From contig NW_019091359.1 in NCBI RefSeq assembly GCF_001949145.1, forward strand, positions 2,828,861 through 2,892,860: a DNA stretch of 64,000 nucleotides. The letters run 5' to 3'. Position numbers and translations under genes: made by a program. This document shows, one piece after another, positions 49,409-63,099 of the stretch; position 1 is the first letter of the stretch, and each line of letters begins with the position of its first letter. Under the pieces are notes generated by a model that worked only from the letters and a program-made list of their open reading frames with translations, searched no databases and was not told the DNA's origin. Source of the stretch: Acanthaster planci. Taxonomy: Eukaryota.

Positions 49409-52400
49409 TATTGCCAAACATAATAGCTACATATTTCTCAGCCTTCTCTCTGGCTTTTGGAAATTCTTAAATCAAACTCGAGTGATCATAAGAAAACCGT
49501 AATCATCATCAACTTGCTCTGCTCTTTTAGATTGTTTCCAAAGGCCCTGAACACTTCCCAGGTGTCTACCTGGGAAAAGTCAATCATTCGTTGTGTGAAG
49601 AATTGAATTGTAAGACTTTAAAACAAAATTATATTTAGTGCATCTTTCAAACGACAACTGGACTCTTTGCACCCGACGTTCAGTTTTGAATAGGACACTG
49701 AATACAGTACTGCAGCTGTTCTTTATATTGTCGGCATAATTACTTTTGGAAGGCTAAATCATGATTATGCTGTCAGACCAAACAATGATTGACAACTGAG
49801 TAAAATAAATGGTATGATAATTAACTACCTGTGTTCAGATGGCATGCACGACGACATCTTAAATGATTTATAGGGATGATTTATCACAAGAATCCGACAA
49901 AAGAAAATTGTCTAGGTGGGCCTTTTGTGGTTGTTTCTGGCAGAAGCCTCAAGTGAAGTCAAGCGAAAAGGTCACGTTTAACTTCAATGTTGCCCAGCTT
50001 ACTGACGGTCGCTGGAAACTTAAGCTGACTATCAGACTCATGAAATCTGCTGGTTTTACTTTTTGCCACTAAAGCCTGTTCTGTATCCGTTTAAACTTAT
50101 TTTCTCCAGACAAACAGACTGTGTGCAACTCAACAAAAGGTGTCATAGGGAGGCCCGAGCCAGCTATGAGTGATTTACGGGTCTGTAAAAACTAGCACAA
50201 TGGAAGCCACTGTAAAAACCGTCAGTGTCTTAGCATTTTTGCCTCGACGTCAAACTGAGTGAAATAAAACTACTCGTAACTTATCGTAGTTTCCTCTAAT
50301 GGAAACTGAAAGGGAAACAATAATCCTGAAGACTCGTTTGAGGGATTCAGTCACGTGTTGATGATCATCTTAAACACTGTCAAAATAAAATCACAGTGTT
50401 TTACTTGAAAATTGTACTTTAAAATCCCGTACAATAACAAAAACTTACTTTGGATTAATGTGGTGCCATGGATGAGGATTACTGTGAATGCAAGTACTAG
50501 GCTAAAACAGTGATTTAGCTGTCATGGGAATGAAAATGACCGTCTGTTTTACGAATACACGCACTATATGCAGGTCTATTGAGTTGGAACGCAGACCTGC
50601 TGCGAGCACTCAACTGTGGTCTTTGAAGCCAGCTGCCACGGCCGTCAAAGCCGTTTTGCTCCCCGCCAGATCGAATCACAACAAAGACCCTGTCTCGTTC
50701 TTTGTCCCCGAGGTTTTTTCCGTTGTTACCGAGAGCCATTTTACCAGAGCGATTTTCAAACTCTAATAATTCGATTCTCTAATAAATGTAGGAATACATC
50801 ATTACTGAAAAACACGAGGAGGCGAGTGTATAGAGATGCGCAAGATAGTACCAGGAGATTTAATTAGGATGTCCTATTGTGTTTATGCGTGGTACGTCAC
50901 AACATTGTACCAGAGGTCCGTCAATGCAGTGTGAGTGAGAAGGATGTGGTCTCGTATACGCAGCACGATGTGCGTGCGTGCTAGTTCGTAATAATGTCGA
51001 CCTGGTGCACTGCCTGCCGCTGTTCCTTGGTGTATATTTGTATAAGCCGCATTCTCCACTACGCTGTGTATTGAGAAGTACCTTCAAATTGATATCCTCA
51101 CCGGAAACATGAGAAAGAATCGTGCTTCATCTTCCTCTGCATAACCATCCACAACAGAAAAAAAAATCATCCGCCGATGCTTAAGCAGTACTAATCAAGG
51201 TCTAATTGTGAATTTAATTCATTTCAGTCTCTAGATAAACGTACCTGAAATGATCCAACTGCAGCTGACGTAATTGTGTATATCCTACAACTGGCTCATG
51301 CGGGATGAAGGAGGAATGTCTTTTTCTCTCCCGTGTTTCGAGGTACAGATGTTGGTTGCGTAGATACACTCTGTTCTCCGAACGTACCAGATGAGAGCTT
51401 CGATCGAGTAAGCAGGGCATGTACAATGTGCGTGGAGACGTTTGACAAAAACATATCGGGTACTGGCAAGATACGCACATGCGCATTAGAAACGCGGGCC
51501 ATGCATGATTATTTTATGATCATGTATAGTGTACATGTACGCCAGACGGATTACGGATTTCTATTAAATGGCGTCAGTGAAATCTCTACGGACACAAACA
51601 GCATCAGTCTTCAAGAAGAAATTTTAGTGGACATTGCTGTTGGGAATATTTGGGAATACTATTGGGGACGAAAATCTGCGCGAACTGGGCTCCGAATTTT
51701 TTTGTCTAAATTGTCTAAATTTCTCAAGCATGTAGTAGGCGTACATAAGGCACACACCCTTTGTTTGTTTGTTTGTTTGATTGTTTTTAAATAAAAAAAA
51801 CCAACAAACAAAACAAAGCAAATAACTAAGACAAAATTCATTTAATACCCTCTGACACTCTAATCTCGAAACAGGAAAATGTGTAGGCAAGATGGCATGC
51901 TCTCAGAAACAGAGAATATCGTGTGAAGAGGACGTCACGTGGCAAGAGAGAACATATTGCTATAGAATATTGCCCACGTGGCCTAACTTAACCGAATATA
52001 TCTGCATCGGAGGATACCGCACAGGTTTGGGATTAAATAAAAATACATGTCTTCGGCAAGGCGATCGCTTCGTGTCATTTGTTCGATTATTGAGTGTGTG
52101 ATGGTAGTTAGAGTTTATTTTTTGACTTGGATTTTTGTTTTCAATTTTTACTCTAAAATCTGGTGAATTATTCAAAAAGGCCTAAATCCCTTGAGGACAC
52201 GTTCGTAAAACAATCCAGTTGTATAATTTATACTGGTTTCAACTCGTATGCCGCAATCGTTGTCAGACAGCGACTCTTTAATCTACGCTTGTTGATTCGT
52301 AAAGAAGACATTTATGTGGGGCCCAACGAACCTTCTGTGGGTCATTAAACGCGTACCTACAATTATATTATAATCGAAAACCAAAGCGTACATACGAGCA

Positions 52401-53034
52401 TTGTTTGAAATGATCTTCTTTTGCTTCCTTCAATATGAGTGACTTGCTATTACACATCTGCTATCAGTAATGTCTAACAGTGATTAAACTTACATTATAC
52501 ATTGGAATTTATAATTGGTAAGCCAGTGTTATGTACCTTGAGCTCAGTCCCTTTTTGGATTTGACAGATGGATTTAAAAAATTCGTGTTTGTAATTTACA
52601 GTCTAATTCATCTGCAGCACGTTGTCACGCTGAAGATTCGTGGGCTTTGCATCGAGCTAGTTCCCAGAATTATGGGAATATTTGATTTACCGAATGTTCA
52701 GTTTGCAAAATGAGTTTTTTTTAAATGTCAACATGTTATCTACGATTTCTTAATTTCCTTTATGGTTTTGCTGCGAATAAAAAACGATCCCTTCTGGACA
52801 CAAATTACGCGCACTGGCCATTCCCGGCGCCCCCTAAGAAAAAAAATCAAATTTTGTTTAGTTACGGAAAGAGATGTGAATTTCTCGTAATATGAATTGT
52901 TGGAAACTTTTTTTCAGAGTGTGGGCGATCTGGGACTTTTATTGGCAATTGCATGAGGAATGATCATAAATTAAATGAGAGTTTTATAAAGACTGTCTGA
53001 CTTTGCTGGTGATGGAAGGCCTTTCTTGTACGCA

Positions 53035-53213
53035 ATCTGCCTCGGGCAGAAGCACCCCCTCATCGGTTGAAAAGAGACATCTTGGTTTATTTTGTTGGTG
53101 GCGATGCGACCGTAACGCGTACTTTTCGTAGTCGTTTGTGAACCAGCGAGTCGCAGTTCCTACCAAAGGTTGCCTCCGTTGCTAGTGCACTCTCTTGGTC
53201 CAGCTCGGGGCCC
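53035..53213 (-). repeat. Dispersed ~190-bp repeat family, copy 4
   Basis: Reverse complement reads gggccccgagctggaccaagagagtgcactagcaacggaggcaacctttggtaggaactg...tgagggggtgcttctgcccgaggcagat. Confidence 0.8.
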
Positions 53214-56200
53214 ATACATATTTGTGGCTTTACAATAGTTCATTATGACAGACAGACAGTGATGTCAGACAAAAATAGCGTGTTTTGGGTCAACTTTCTG
53301 ATCCTTACAACACCTGAATTATTTGGTACGCTTACAATTTAAAATTTATTACTTCCACTTTTGCCTTTCTGGTGTCCGGTGACATAAGATAATTGGAACA
53401 CATTTTATTTTTCTGATTTATTTTTTGTGTGTCGTTTGTCTAATGCTAAATAATCTTGAAGTTATTTTCCCTCCAGAACAGAATTCTATATCCACTTTGC
53501 CAAAGGTGAAAAGGAAATGAACTCGACCCAAGCCTTTAGAATAAAATTTTATTTCTCATAATATTTCAAAAGATACTCGAGTAATTAATAATAGTCGGCC
53601 TGTATGTCTTGCTTTTTTTTTGTTTTTCTGGACTGCTTCGTGTCTGCTCTACGCCTCGACGAATCATGGTTTGAGGGATTTTAGTTAAAAATATCTGAAT
53701 TAGTTTCTCTCTTTCAAACAGTTTCCAATGTCAGTTTCAGATAGAGTATGTTTAATCACAAATTTACCGTAATTCTAAATGGTTATTTGACCTTTCTCAA
53801 AAATACAGGGTCGGGAACTCCGCCTACTAGTGGGGATGAGGGTATCAGATCACAAACCTTTGTCTCCCCCTCAATTATTGGACCGATATTAATGGAATCT
53901 TTCGACTAAGCTTTGAAGTACAGAGGTAAGCAATTGCTTAATGTAATCAGTATACCTGTCTAATAGGCCTCTGTCTAATACTAATGTGACAGTTATTTTG
54001 GTACAATCTCATTTGCCTTAAACTTACAATCGTCATTCATATTTAAATTAGACTAGCGCCACCAACGTTCGATTTCGGGCGCTAGTTCATTCTTCATTTT
54101 CCGGAGACGCAATTATCCCGTCTCCGTTCTTTTACAAATGGAAGCAGTAAATACATAATTTCTGAGAATGATCCTTTGATTTGAGAGTGCCACAGGAATT
54201 TTGTTGAATTCTGCACCTAGTAATGCACTGACTAAGCGTATACAAGAAGCTTTGAATGAGAATGGAACGGCAGGCGCGGAAGGGCTGCAGTTCCAAAATA
54301 ACAAGTTTGTCTTGTTTATCGTTTAAATTACAAAATTGGGCTGCCGGGACATCAGTCGATTTTTAACATTTACACATTATTCATGGTGTCTATCATCATT
54401 CTGTTTACCAACCCTAGCTTTGAAATTATGGTCTACTTCCACCATTCTGATTTTGCATATTTTGCCAATCCAAGTTGGCTTCTGTCAGCGTTCCGACTTG
54501 CACTTAAACTTCAAAGTCCGTTGCATCTTGCTATTCTGCTATCACAAAGAGTGCATTGCGTCGGCAAACCATTCCCCACTTGCTTGCAGATTTCATTGTT
54601 CCCAAATTTCAGAATCAAAATCGGCACAGCGAGGTTGTTAGTGTTTTGATAGGGACCAACTCTTTTTCTGTAGCCGACCATGCAGTTGCGAGTACATTTA
54701 TAAATATGGTGCTCTGAGCAGGCTTTTATAGGAATTCCGCTGGCAAACAAGGACCAGGGAATTTTTAGGAGTGGTTTTAGAAAATAAGCTAAAGAAATCC
54801 ATTTTGCCATTTAATTTTTTGATCTAAGCTCCGGTACAGGATTTGAACCAAAAAAAAGGAAAAAAAAGAGGAAGACTATCCTACGTGCAGGAAAGTGCCT
54901 CAGAATAATTGACCTCTCCGCTGCATACAGTAGGCCTACATATTGATGGTTTATCAGTCTGCTACTGTTGAGTGGTCTTCCCCCAAAAGAGCTCCTCGGT
55001 AAAGATACTCTTGACACTCAGGCCATGCGAGTGTTTGTCAAAAAAACCTACCGTTTGGTCGGAAACGAAGTTCAAATTCATGGTCCAACACGATTCACGA
55101 GTAGTGTAGATCTTCTCCAACTGATAACTGGCACGGCGCATTCGATATAGAGGGATCAAGCCAACTTAGTGAACGAAATGCGCGCGACATCGGGTTAGCA
55201 CGGCCAGAGCATGGTATTTTACCTGGTACAGCCATGGCTCTTTGTCTGGAATACTACACGGGGATCAGATTAGATTCAATGTCAATAAATAATTTCCTCT
55301 TCACGGGAATTCCATTGTCTTTCCTGCCGGAACACAGATAAGAGGGGATTGATTTTTCCTCTTTGTTAGTTTACAATCAATATCCTGTAGGCCAGCATGC
55401 CTACTTGTTCCTCCGGTGCTCTGCGTTTCCTCGTGGCACTTGTACCAGACCACGGTATCGACACGTGCCCTCAGAATTCCGCAGTACGGTACACGTGTAG
55501 ATGTTTCCCGAGGATAGGTCCACAATATTTAGGGAGGTGGTATTTCGAGAGAAATTCCATGTCGCAGATAACAATTGCGATTCTGGAAAAACACGGACGT
55601 GCATTTAACTTTTGACAGAGGTACTGAATGTAAGCGCCATTTGAAATTTTAACACTCATAAAATATTGTATTTTTTCCTTGTGGAAGTTGTGAGTTTTAC
55701 GACCAGTGAATCCACTCTTTATGCCCAGATATTTTACAGTGCCGTGCGACTACCAGTTTCAAGCGAGGAGCTACGGTACACCATCGCATTATAACCTCAG
55801 AGACTGTATTAACTTCTTTTTGCTGCCATGTACCGGTTACTTGTAAGTGATGTGCTCCAAAGTAAATGGTTTCCTTGTTTACTTTTATCCCGGACAAGTT
55901 ATGCAACGCATCAATTCAAAGATAGTTCTAGTTCCCCTCCCAACCATTGCTGTGGTCAGTAAACTCTGTGTTAACAGTTCCTAACCGTTTGCATTGGACC
56001 ATCAGACGATATCATTAATTATAACTGAGGATTTTTAAAAACATTTTGATAAATTTGGAGACAATTGTTTTAGTCAACGTTTCTTCACGTGGAGCTTAAA
56101 ACCCAAGCTATAGATACGTCATCGGAGTTTATGCAACATCGCCTTGGGTCTTCAAGAGTGTACTAACCGCAGTCATTTGATTAATCAAAAATAATGCAGA

Positions 56201-56464
56201 AAGACTTGAGGCGGTGTGTTTAATTGCTGTAATTACAATTCTTACAAAAGCCTCCGGCCTCTAGATGAAATTACCTCATACCCGGGGAATTCGCTTGTAC
56301 ATACAGCCAAATTAAATTGCCAAAGGCGGCAGTACTCATAGTTGTGCGATGCTTTTCTTGTACATGACAGAGTTTGGTCAGTCACTGAACTCCATCAGAG
56401 TGAAGTCCATGTGCACTGGAAGCGTGTTTGATAAAACAGTTAGTCACTCACAAATTGTTTATTT

Positions 56465-56719
56465 CAGGGGTGGTTCCAGGATTTTTATCAAGGGGGGGGG
56501 GGCAAAATTTTTCACGGTGGGGACGTATTAGTCACCGTTGTTGAAGCCATTTAATCTCTTTTTATAGCAACCGAACAAAACCAAATAAGACCCCTAAAGG
56601 GTTTATGCTGGGAGCGGCTTGCAACCTTTAAGATGTAGACCACTGGAATAATACATAAATATAAAAAATGGCCATGAGCAAGGGGTTTGCCCCAACCTCC
56701 ACCCCCTGAATCCGTGACT
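56465..56719. mobile_element. Degenerate hAT-like MITE remnant
   Basis: caggggtggttccaggattttt plus a G-run at the left, ccccctgaatccgtgact at the right; same architecture as the 30349 element but decayed. Confidence 0.4.
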
Positions 56720-57820
56720 TCGTCTTCTCCCCAGGCGCCTGTACTATTTAATTAACAGGGCGATGCGTTCGATCAACCCCTTTGGGACAAAATAGCTCAG
56801 ACCGTCGTCCGAGGGCGCCCTTCAGACAACAGTTGACCAAGCAATGCGGCAGTGGAACTTTGGCTTCCTTGCTTGAAGCCTTATAAAGATGCATCACCTT
56901 CGGGGGGGACCTTATATTCATAGGAGTAATTCTATGATAAGTCCTACTGATAGTTCATTCGCTAATTAGGTGGTTTACTTTTATCTAGACCGGCAGGGCG
57001 GGGCAGGAATTTTTCCGTGGGAAAAGGGTCAGCCCGGAGATTTTTTTAATGTTTCATTTTTGCCAATAAGCGGAAACGATTATGAAACATAACATGACAA
57101 TGGTATCGGTGCATTTACTTTTTTATACCTTTTTTACGATTATTTTCCCCATTTTTAGAAACCCTTTTTGTTTTTTGTCTCAGAGCGGGGAGGGGGACCC
57201 TTACTGCGCCTACCTGATCTTTGTGCTTTTTTTTTTTAATTCTTTTTGAAATAAGGTGTTCTTAGCTGACTTCTGATAGTCAGGTCTGTTACGATCGTGT
57301 CTCAAGACAAAAAGTTACATTATCAAGGCTCAGAATCCAATGATCAATAATAACACTGTCAAGATCTGTCACATAGGCTACCGTAATACCAGCGGCACAT
57401 CTTGAACACAAATTTCAATTTACTACGACCGTCAAAGGGGGCGCTATATCAAGTGGCTTTCTCAGCGTTTTTCCTGCCATTGAGTCTTCTTTTGAAGTGC
57501 TTTATGTCGTTAACCGAGTAGGCACTATTTTAGTTTGCATCAAGATTATGAGCAGTGAAAACAATTTTGATTTATTTTCATAACCCAATTAACTTCTCTG
57601 AAATACTGAATATTCACAGGCAGCTGCATTGCTCACCAGCACTTTAAGGTATTTGTGAAATTTCCTATATATTTTTAGGAAAGAAATGCATTCGTGCCCC
57701 CTTGGACCGAGTGCCAGTGAATTCACACAAGTTTCAACACTTCAAGCATGGACCGCCTGAGGTCCTGTTACTTCAAGTTTTGGCAAGACCATCCAATTTT
57801 TCCCCCACGATATTCAGTCA

Positions 57821-57995
57821 TTAACCCTAACATTCCTGAATCCCCCATTTTTTATATGATTTTGCACACACCCCAGGGAGTTAGGGTTACCCCTCAAGTT
57901 CCCTCCATCAAGAACTCCACTTTACTGCTTGCGATGGAAAAACTCTGGGAAGATATGGGAACCCAAATTCAAGCACACAATCCACTTAGGGTTAA
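57821..57995. mobile_element. piggyBac-type MITE remnant related to 18436
   Basis: TTAAccctaacattcctgaatcc matches the 18.4-kb TIR (17/19). Candidate right ends are ggagttagggtta (about 57889) or ttagggTTAA (57995). Confidence 0.5.
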
Positions 57996-59511
57996 AGAAC
58001 TTTATTAGACATTAGTTCCTTCTATAAACCATACCAATTTCTACAAATTTACAGCCCCCAGTTCACATTAACGGTTACTATTAATATGCCCAGGGCCTGA
58101 TTGTGACCAGGTCTGTGAAAATGAGGAAGGCCATTTTTCGATAATTTTGTCTCAGTTTGTATACGAAATAGCAACCTTAGCTCTTTGTGATGACGGATTA
58201 CTCAATTTGCCTTCCTGTGAATGTGAATGAACAATGGTAACAGTTTCATTGATTTACATGCTGCAAGGTTCTTTCAAGGGCCTGTTGCTCACATGTGGTT
58301 CTGCCGACTTGACTCATTTTAACAAAGCAGGTCACGTTTCAAGCTTTCAAAGTCTTTTCTGGTATTTTTACAACACTTAGTAATTAGGTTACAATTGTTA
58401 TGTTGAATGTGAATTAAGTTTACATAAGTATTAACACTGTCAGGCATGAATCAAATATAAGACTTTAGTTTGGTATCTATATGAAAATGATTCCAATGAA
58501 TATGCAAATGATTATCCACATTATGCAGGGAGGACTTATTGTGCGGCACAATTAAACATATATCACGAGGCAATTTTAACAATTCTTTTGAAAAGCCCTT
58601 GTTTTAAACCCAAATAACCATTTTACTTCAATGAACTTGTACTAAATACACTTAAGTGACTGCATTCGCATTTAAAAGATTTTCGGTTAATTTTTGACCA
58701 AAGAACTCATACATATCTTTCTTAAAACAACAATTACTGTGTGAAGCATAAATTCATGTTAGTTCATAACGAGTTTCAGACTGTTGAGGGAGCTGCAAAT
58801 TTTATAAAGCAAAGCTAAGGTATGCAGGCCAATCTGGTAATTATTTGTACATGTATTATATACAGTACTAGTATCTAATTTTTCCATTACATTGAAAGTT
58901 GTTCACTTTTGCCATTCTCTGTAGTCACAACATGTAAAGGTGGCCATACAAAAACTATTTTAGAAACCTTGGTAAAGTGTCCTATGCATGCGTTAACCTT
59001 GATTCACTGAATTCCTCAACTCCATAATTACTTCCACTGGTCTTGTGCAATTTGTAAAATTATGTTCTCAGAACAATGTCCAAAGAAGTGTCGCTGGGTA
59101 TAGTAATTAAGCCTATTTGACAAGGAATACACAAAGCAAAAGTATACATCTAGGAAAACCTGGAAACAATTTCCAGAAAAAACCCAACTCCTCCTTGTGA
59201 TGAACTGATTAGAGAAATTAGTTTAATATCTAAACAGATAATAAACTTTTAGAGATGCTTCTAACATCAATACATGGAACTGTTTCTAAGTTGCTATGGG
59301 AACATAGCCCCCTAAAACTCCCTGGTTTTTAGTTGTAGAGAAGATTTCAGACTGTTAATGATTGGAATGTTTCTTGTAATTAAATAACAGACCAAAGCAT
59401 AAAATTGTTCAACAACACGATGCTGAAAAAAAGATGAAATGAGATTTTCATTTAGGAACTAAATATGGAAAGATGTAATATATGATTGAAAATTTGCTAC
59501 ATTTGCAGTGC

Positions 59512-59577
59512 ATTACAAACCTTTGTCAAACAATGTAGTAATTTTTGATTACAAACCTTTGTCAAACTATGTAGTAA
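59512..59577. repeat. 30-bp tandem duplication
   Basis: attacaaacctttgtcaaac(a/t)atgtagtaa twice, period 36 bp. Confidence 0.85.
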
Positions 59578-60863
59578 CATTGTACAATACTGTAAACCTT
59601 CTGAAGAACCAAAATGATCTGTTACCATGATGGAGGAATGTTCCTGAAATGAATGATACCAACAAATTGTTTAAAATGGAGAGAGATGACAAATCCTTGT
59701 TGGGGTCTGTTTTCATTGTTTTTTCTTTTCAGTTATCTTTCACTAGTGGCCCAAACTGCTGGTTTGCAAACTTTATTCCCTGTTGATTGTTTTAGTATGG
59801 TCTCGACCTACAAGCTGCAATCTGTGCCTCAAAGAAAAATACTAGGTGAAGCGAAATAGACTGAGTCTTCAAACTACCAGTGGGCAACAGTCCATTTCCA
59901 GTCTCTGAGATGCCACCCAACAGCAATGCTTGGATGAGACAAACCCAGCGAGATGTCACAGGACCTTGAACAGGACAGGACAGGACAAGACAGGAAGTGA
60001 GGTGGGAGTACAAACACATTGAACCACTGTTGATTTTGAAAAATGCTGCACGCCGACATCTTGTCCGTTGTGGATTTGTCTGTTGGTAGATCCAGAGATG
60101 ATAGTTCAACCTCCCGTAACATCAATACCAAAAGTGATGCAGCTCGGATAAATTCCGATGTCCAAAGTTGAACCGGACTGGACGAATGGTCCTCCCTTTG
60201 CCACTGCACACCTTGACAGGAACAGTTTACTCGATTGAAGAACCAGACCATTTCACCCGATAGTGGAATTTTTGCAAGTCATCTGATTTCCCATTCAGGG
60301 GATGTATTTGTTTCAGGCCTATCCTATCATTTCATTTCTCAAACTTTTTGGAGCTTCCAAGAGCTTTTCTGGATGTTGACTTTGGTGAGGAATACAGCAC
60401 AGCAGAATGGCAGACTGTTTTGGGGTGACCTTTTCAGAGCGCGTGAACCTGGCTTCCTCTTCTTGGATGAAGTATTCCGTCGTGTCTGTGACACTGTTTA
60501 TGTTGATTCTTTGCTCATCTTTCATGTTGTTCCAAGTTGATCTGCTTGCTGCACATGATCCGTTTTATTAGTGTACAGCATTTTATCACAAAATAATCTT
60601 CATCAACTGCAGTTTAATTAAGTTTATAAAGTACTGGCTGTGCACGCACACAAGCGTACGCCATAGACGATAGATTCTTATGAAGTTATGATAACTTCAA
60701 GCTACAATGAACTATGGCTTTAGTTCTGTAAGACATCTCATCCCAGAATGTACTTATAGTTCATCAAATAAGCTTCATTTTACCGCGTAGATGCCCAACA
60801 TCAGCCATGGTTGCACGTAGCTTAGGTCGCCGCCGCTCCTTTCCTCACATTGCCCAACAATCG

Positions 60864-61037
60864 TTACAAATTGCCTCCGGATCTTCTGCGGGCGTAGCAC
60901 CCTAGACAAGCGCATATCCCCAGGATGCCGAAGATTAGCCCAAAAATGAGGGCTATAGCATCGCCTGCATCGAAGGCAGACACGACAGGAAGGCACAGAG
61001 CCATCACAAAGAGAACGAGCTGCCAGAATTCAGCCAT
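60864..61037 (-). CDS. SMIM30: Small integral membrane protein 30 (57-aa microprotein), absent from the ORF track
   Basis: Hand translation: MAEFWQLVLFVMALCLPVVSAFDAGDAIALIFGLIFGILGICACLGCYARRRSGGNL-TAA, with strong Kozak context (aaaATGG). Shares the LPVV.A..AGDAIAL..G......GICACLG.YAR.R signature of human SMIM30 as I recall it. Confidence 0.93.
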   Translation of the reverse strand: MAEFWQLVLFVMALCLPVVSAFDAGDAIALIFGLIFGILGICACLGCYARRRSGGNL

Positions 61038-61949
61038 TTTTTGATGATTCTTGTGCTCAACAAAGCCAACAGTCTTCCTTTATCAGTTGGTGCACGATAA
61101 TAATGTGAGTCTGGTGCACCGTGTTCTAGTGCCCCGTATGAAGTATGCAGATAGAGGCGATGGTGAACAGACTTAACTCGTGACACTGATGAACAGTAAG
61201 CTGGTACTTTGGGAAATGTCTATCAAAAACTAGACTTGCTACAGATAACCAGCGCAGGCCATTTTTCTAAATCGTGGCCCTGTATAAAATTGCTTCGTCT
61301 TCACTCAAAAAAAATTTCACAGCGAAACATTTGACGCCAGTCGAACGCCAAGGTCATTGTTTCCCTGAAAGCCGGGGTAGGTGTTTCCGAAGACACAAAT
61401 TGTGGTTCCGAGGGTAGAGGATCAGGGTACATGGTTGGATGTCTTGTTCAGCTCAACGCAATTTGCAACGAACGGGGGGGGGGTGTCGATGCACGACGTG
61501 ATCGACCTTCCTCAGTTCCTCCGTCCCTGCAGTAGTCAAAATTTTCGCAATATAACTTTGTATAACAGTGGCTAAATAGGCAAAACAAACAAACGAAATA
61601 ACAAGACAATCAATAATCAGTTGGACCGTTATGTTAAGTGAAAATGCTACAAATGTAAAATTCATCGCGCAATTTGGCATGGGTTGCAGTTAGTTATAGA
61701 TGCAAGCATTGAAACGCGAGTGTAGATGTCCTCATCAAAAACTTAAACTGAGAAATGAATTGTGAGAGAGAACATAATTTTTCACTCGCCTTTGCTTAGT
61801 ATAATTCTTTATACCAATAATGGTGGTGGAATTTAAAAAACTTTCCTCCATGCTTTATATCCTTTGCCAAGCATGCCCGGCCCGCAAGGTTTCAACACTG
61901 ACCCGGATATATACAGATGCACAGGTGCAATATGCACAGCTGGCTGGCC

Positions 61950-62063
61950 ATGCGTGACGTTTTCTGTTTTGATCACGTGATGACCCTGGCCTGTGCGCAA
62001 TATAATAATAAACCCAACCATACCGGGCTGCCTGTGCGCTGCTGTGCTGAAGATATGGCGGCC
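61950..62063. promoter_or_regulatory. Core of a probable bidirectional promoter shared by SMIM30 and eIF4E3
   Basis: Divergent ATGs are about 1.0 kb apart (61037 and 62055). CRE/ATF-like GTGACGT (61954-61960), palindromic E-box ATCACGTGAT (61972-61981), and YY1-like ATGGCGGCC over the eIF4E3 start codon. Confidence 0.5.
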
Positions 62064-62209
62064 TCGGAGATCCGACAGCCACAGGACCCTGAGTTGAGGG
62101 GCTTTTCTGACAACTCAGAAGATGTTGATTTCCAATCCATTTCCTCAGCTGCAGGCCTTGAGGGTACAGGAGTGCCTCTGAACACTCCTTGGACATTTTG
62201 GCTGGACAG
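62055..62209 (+). CDS. EIF4E3: Eukaryotic translation initiation factor 4E type 3, coding exon 1
   Basis: MAASEIRQPQDPELRGFSDNSEDVDFQSISSAAGLEGTGVPLNTPWTFWLD(R); GVPL...WTFWLDR is the class III eIF4E N-terminal motif; phase-2 donor AG|gtttgg. Confidence 0.9.
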
Positions 62210-63099
62210 GTTTGGAGATATTTAATCAGTTTGAACTTGTTGAAAGGAACGAGGAAGCAACATTATATATACAAATGTTCGCTGATCAACTTCGGCAGTG
62301 GTTAACTGGTTAATATTTTACTTTTTATTTTTAGTCGGCTTTCATGTGTTCACACTGTGGACCGTAGGCCCTAGTGAGATTTCAGTTGTCAGTTACTGCA
62401 TATATACAAATAGTTCTTTTGTCAAGGGGACCCAAGCCCCAAATAGTCTTTGGAAACTTGGCAGGTTTTTTTCATTTTGAAGAATCGAACGTGTAACGAG
62501 GGGCTCAGAGAACTGGAAAATGGAGCTGAACTTTAATAATCATATTTCGAGGAGGGGGCTTATCTGCCTTATATAAATGTAATTTCTATGCAGATGAACT
62601 GAGCTGTTTTCTGGTGATGCTCACTGGCCACTTTGCAATGCAAGTGCTGTAGATCAGAGTGTGTTCAGCCAGTTAATTTGAAATGCCTCAGCAACAACCT
62701 CGGGCTCCAAGGTTTGCCCCTCCAAACTCGAGTTGGAGAGACAAAACATTAAACAAGGAGGCCTGTAGTTCTAGGGGTAATATTGCACATTACTAAAATA
62801 AATTTGAATCATTACACCACTTTACAAAGTGCACACAATTTCAGTAGATTACCCTTTTAATTATTAACTGTATTTTATCTGGCTTTACGACTCGTAGTTG
62901 TTGGATTTCCCACTTTCACTGCTTCTAAAATAGTAGAAAATTTTTTAAACTACCCATTACTGCATCCAAGTCTAAAATCGGCAAGTGATATTTTCCAAAC
63001 CATATCCACAAATACCCATCATGAATGACCAGGTAGGACAGTTTCCTAGATTTCAGTGCATGATATCTACTTAGATACTTCTACATGTCTTGTCCACAG

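Noticed and set aside
54052..54086. 9-bp hairpin ending in CTAGT (Helitron 3' end?)
   Set aside because: The CTAG is part of the stem rather than downstream of it, and there is no matching 5' end or second copy.
59792..60540. Cluster of ORFs that could be a decayed transposase
   Set aside because: The frames I translated show no DDE, SWIM or THAP motif. More simply explained as SMIM30 3' UTR or downstream sequence.
60864..60890. Idea that SMIM30 releases a peptide ligand for the neighbouring SREB, by analogy to SMIM20-derived phoenixin and GPR173
   Set aside because: SMIM20 and SMIM30 are unrelated families. The tail after RRR is only 5 aa, is probably cytosolic and has no terminal amidation Gly. 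Linkage alone is not evidence.
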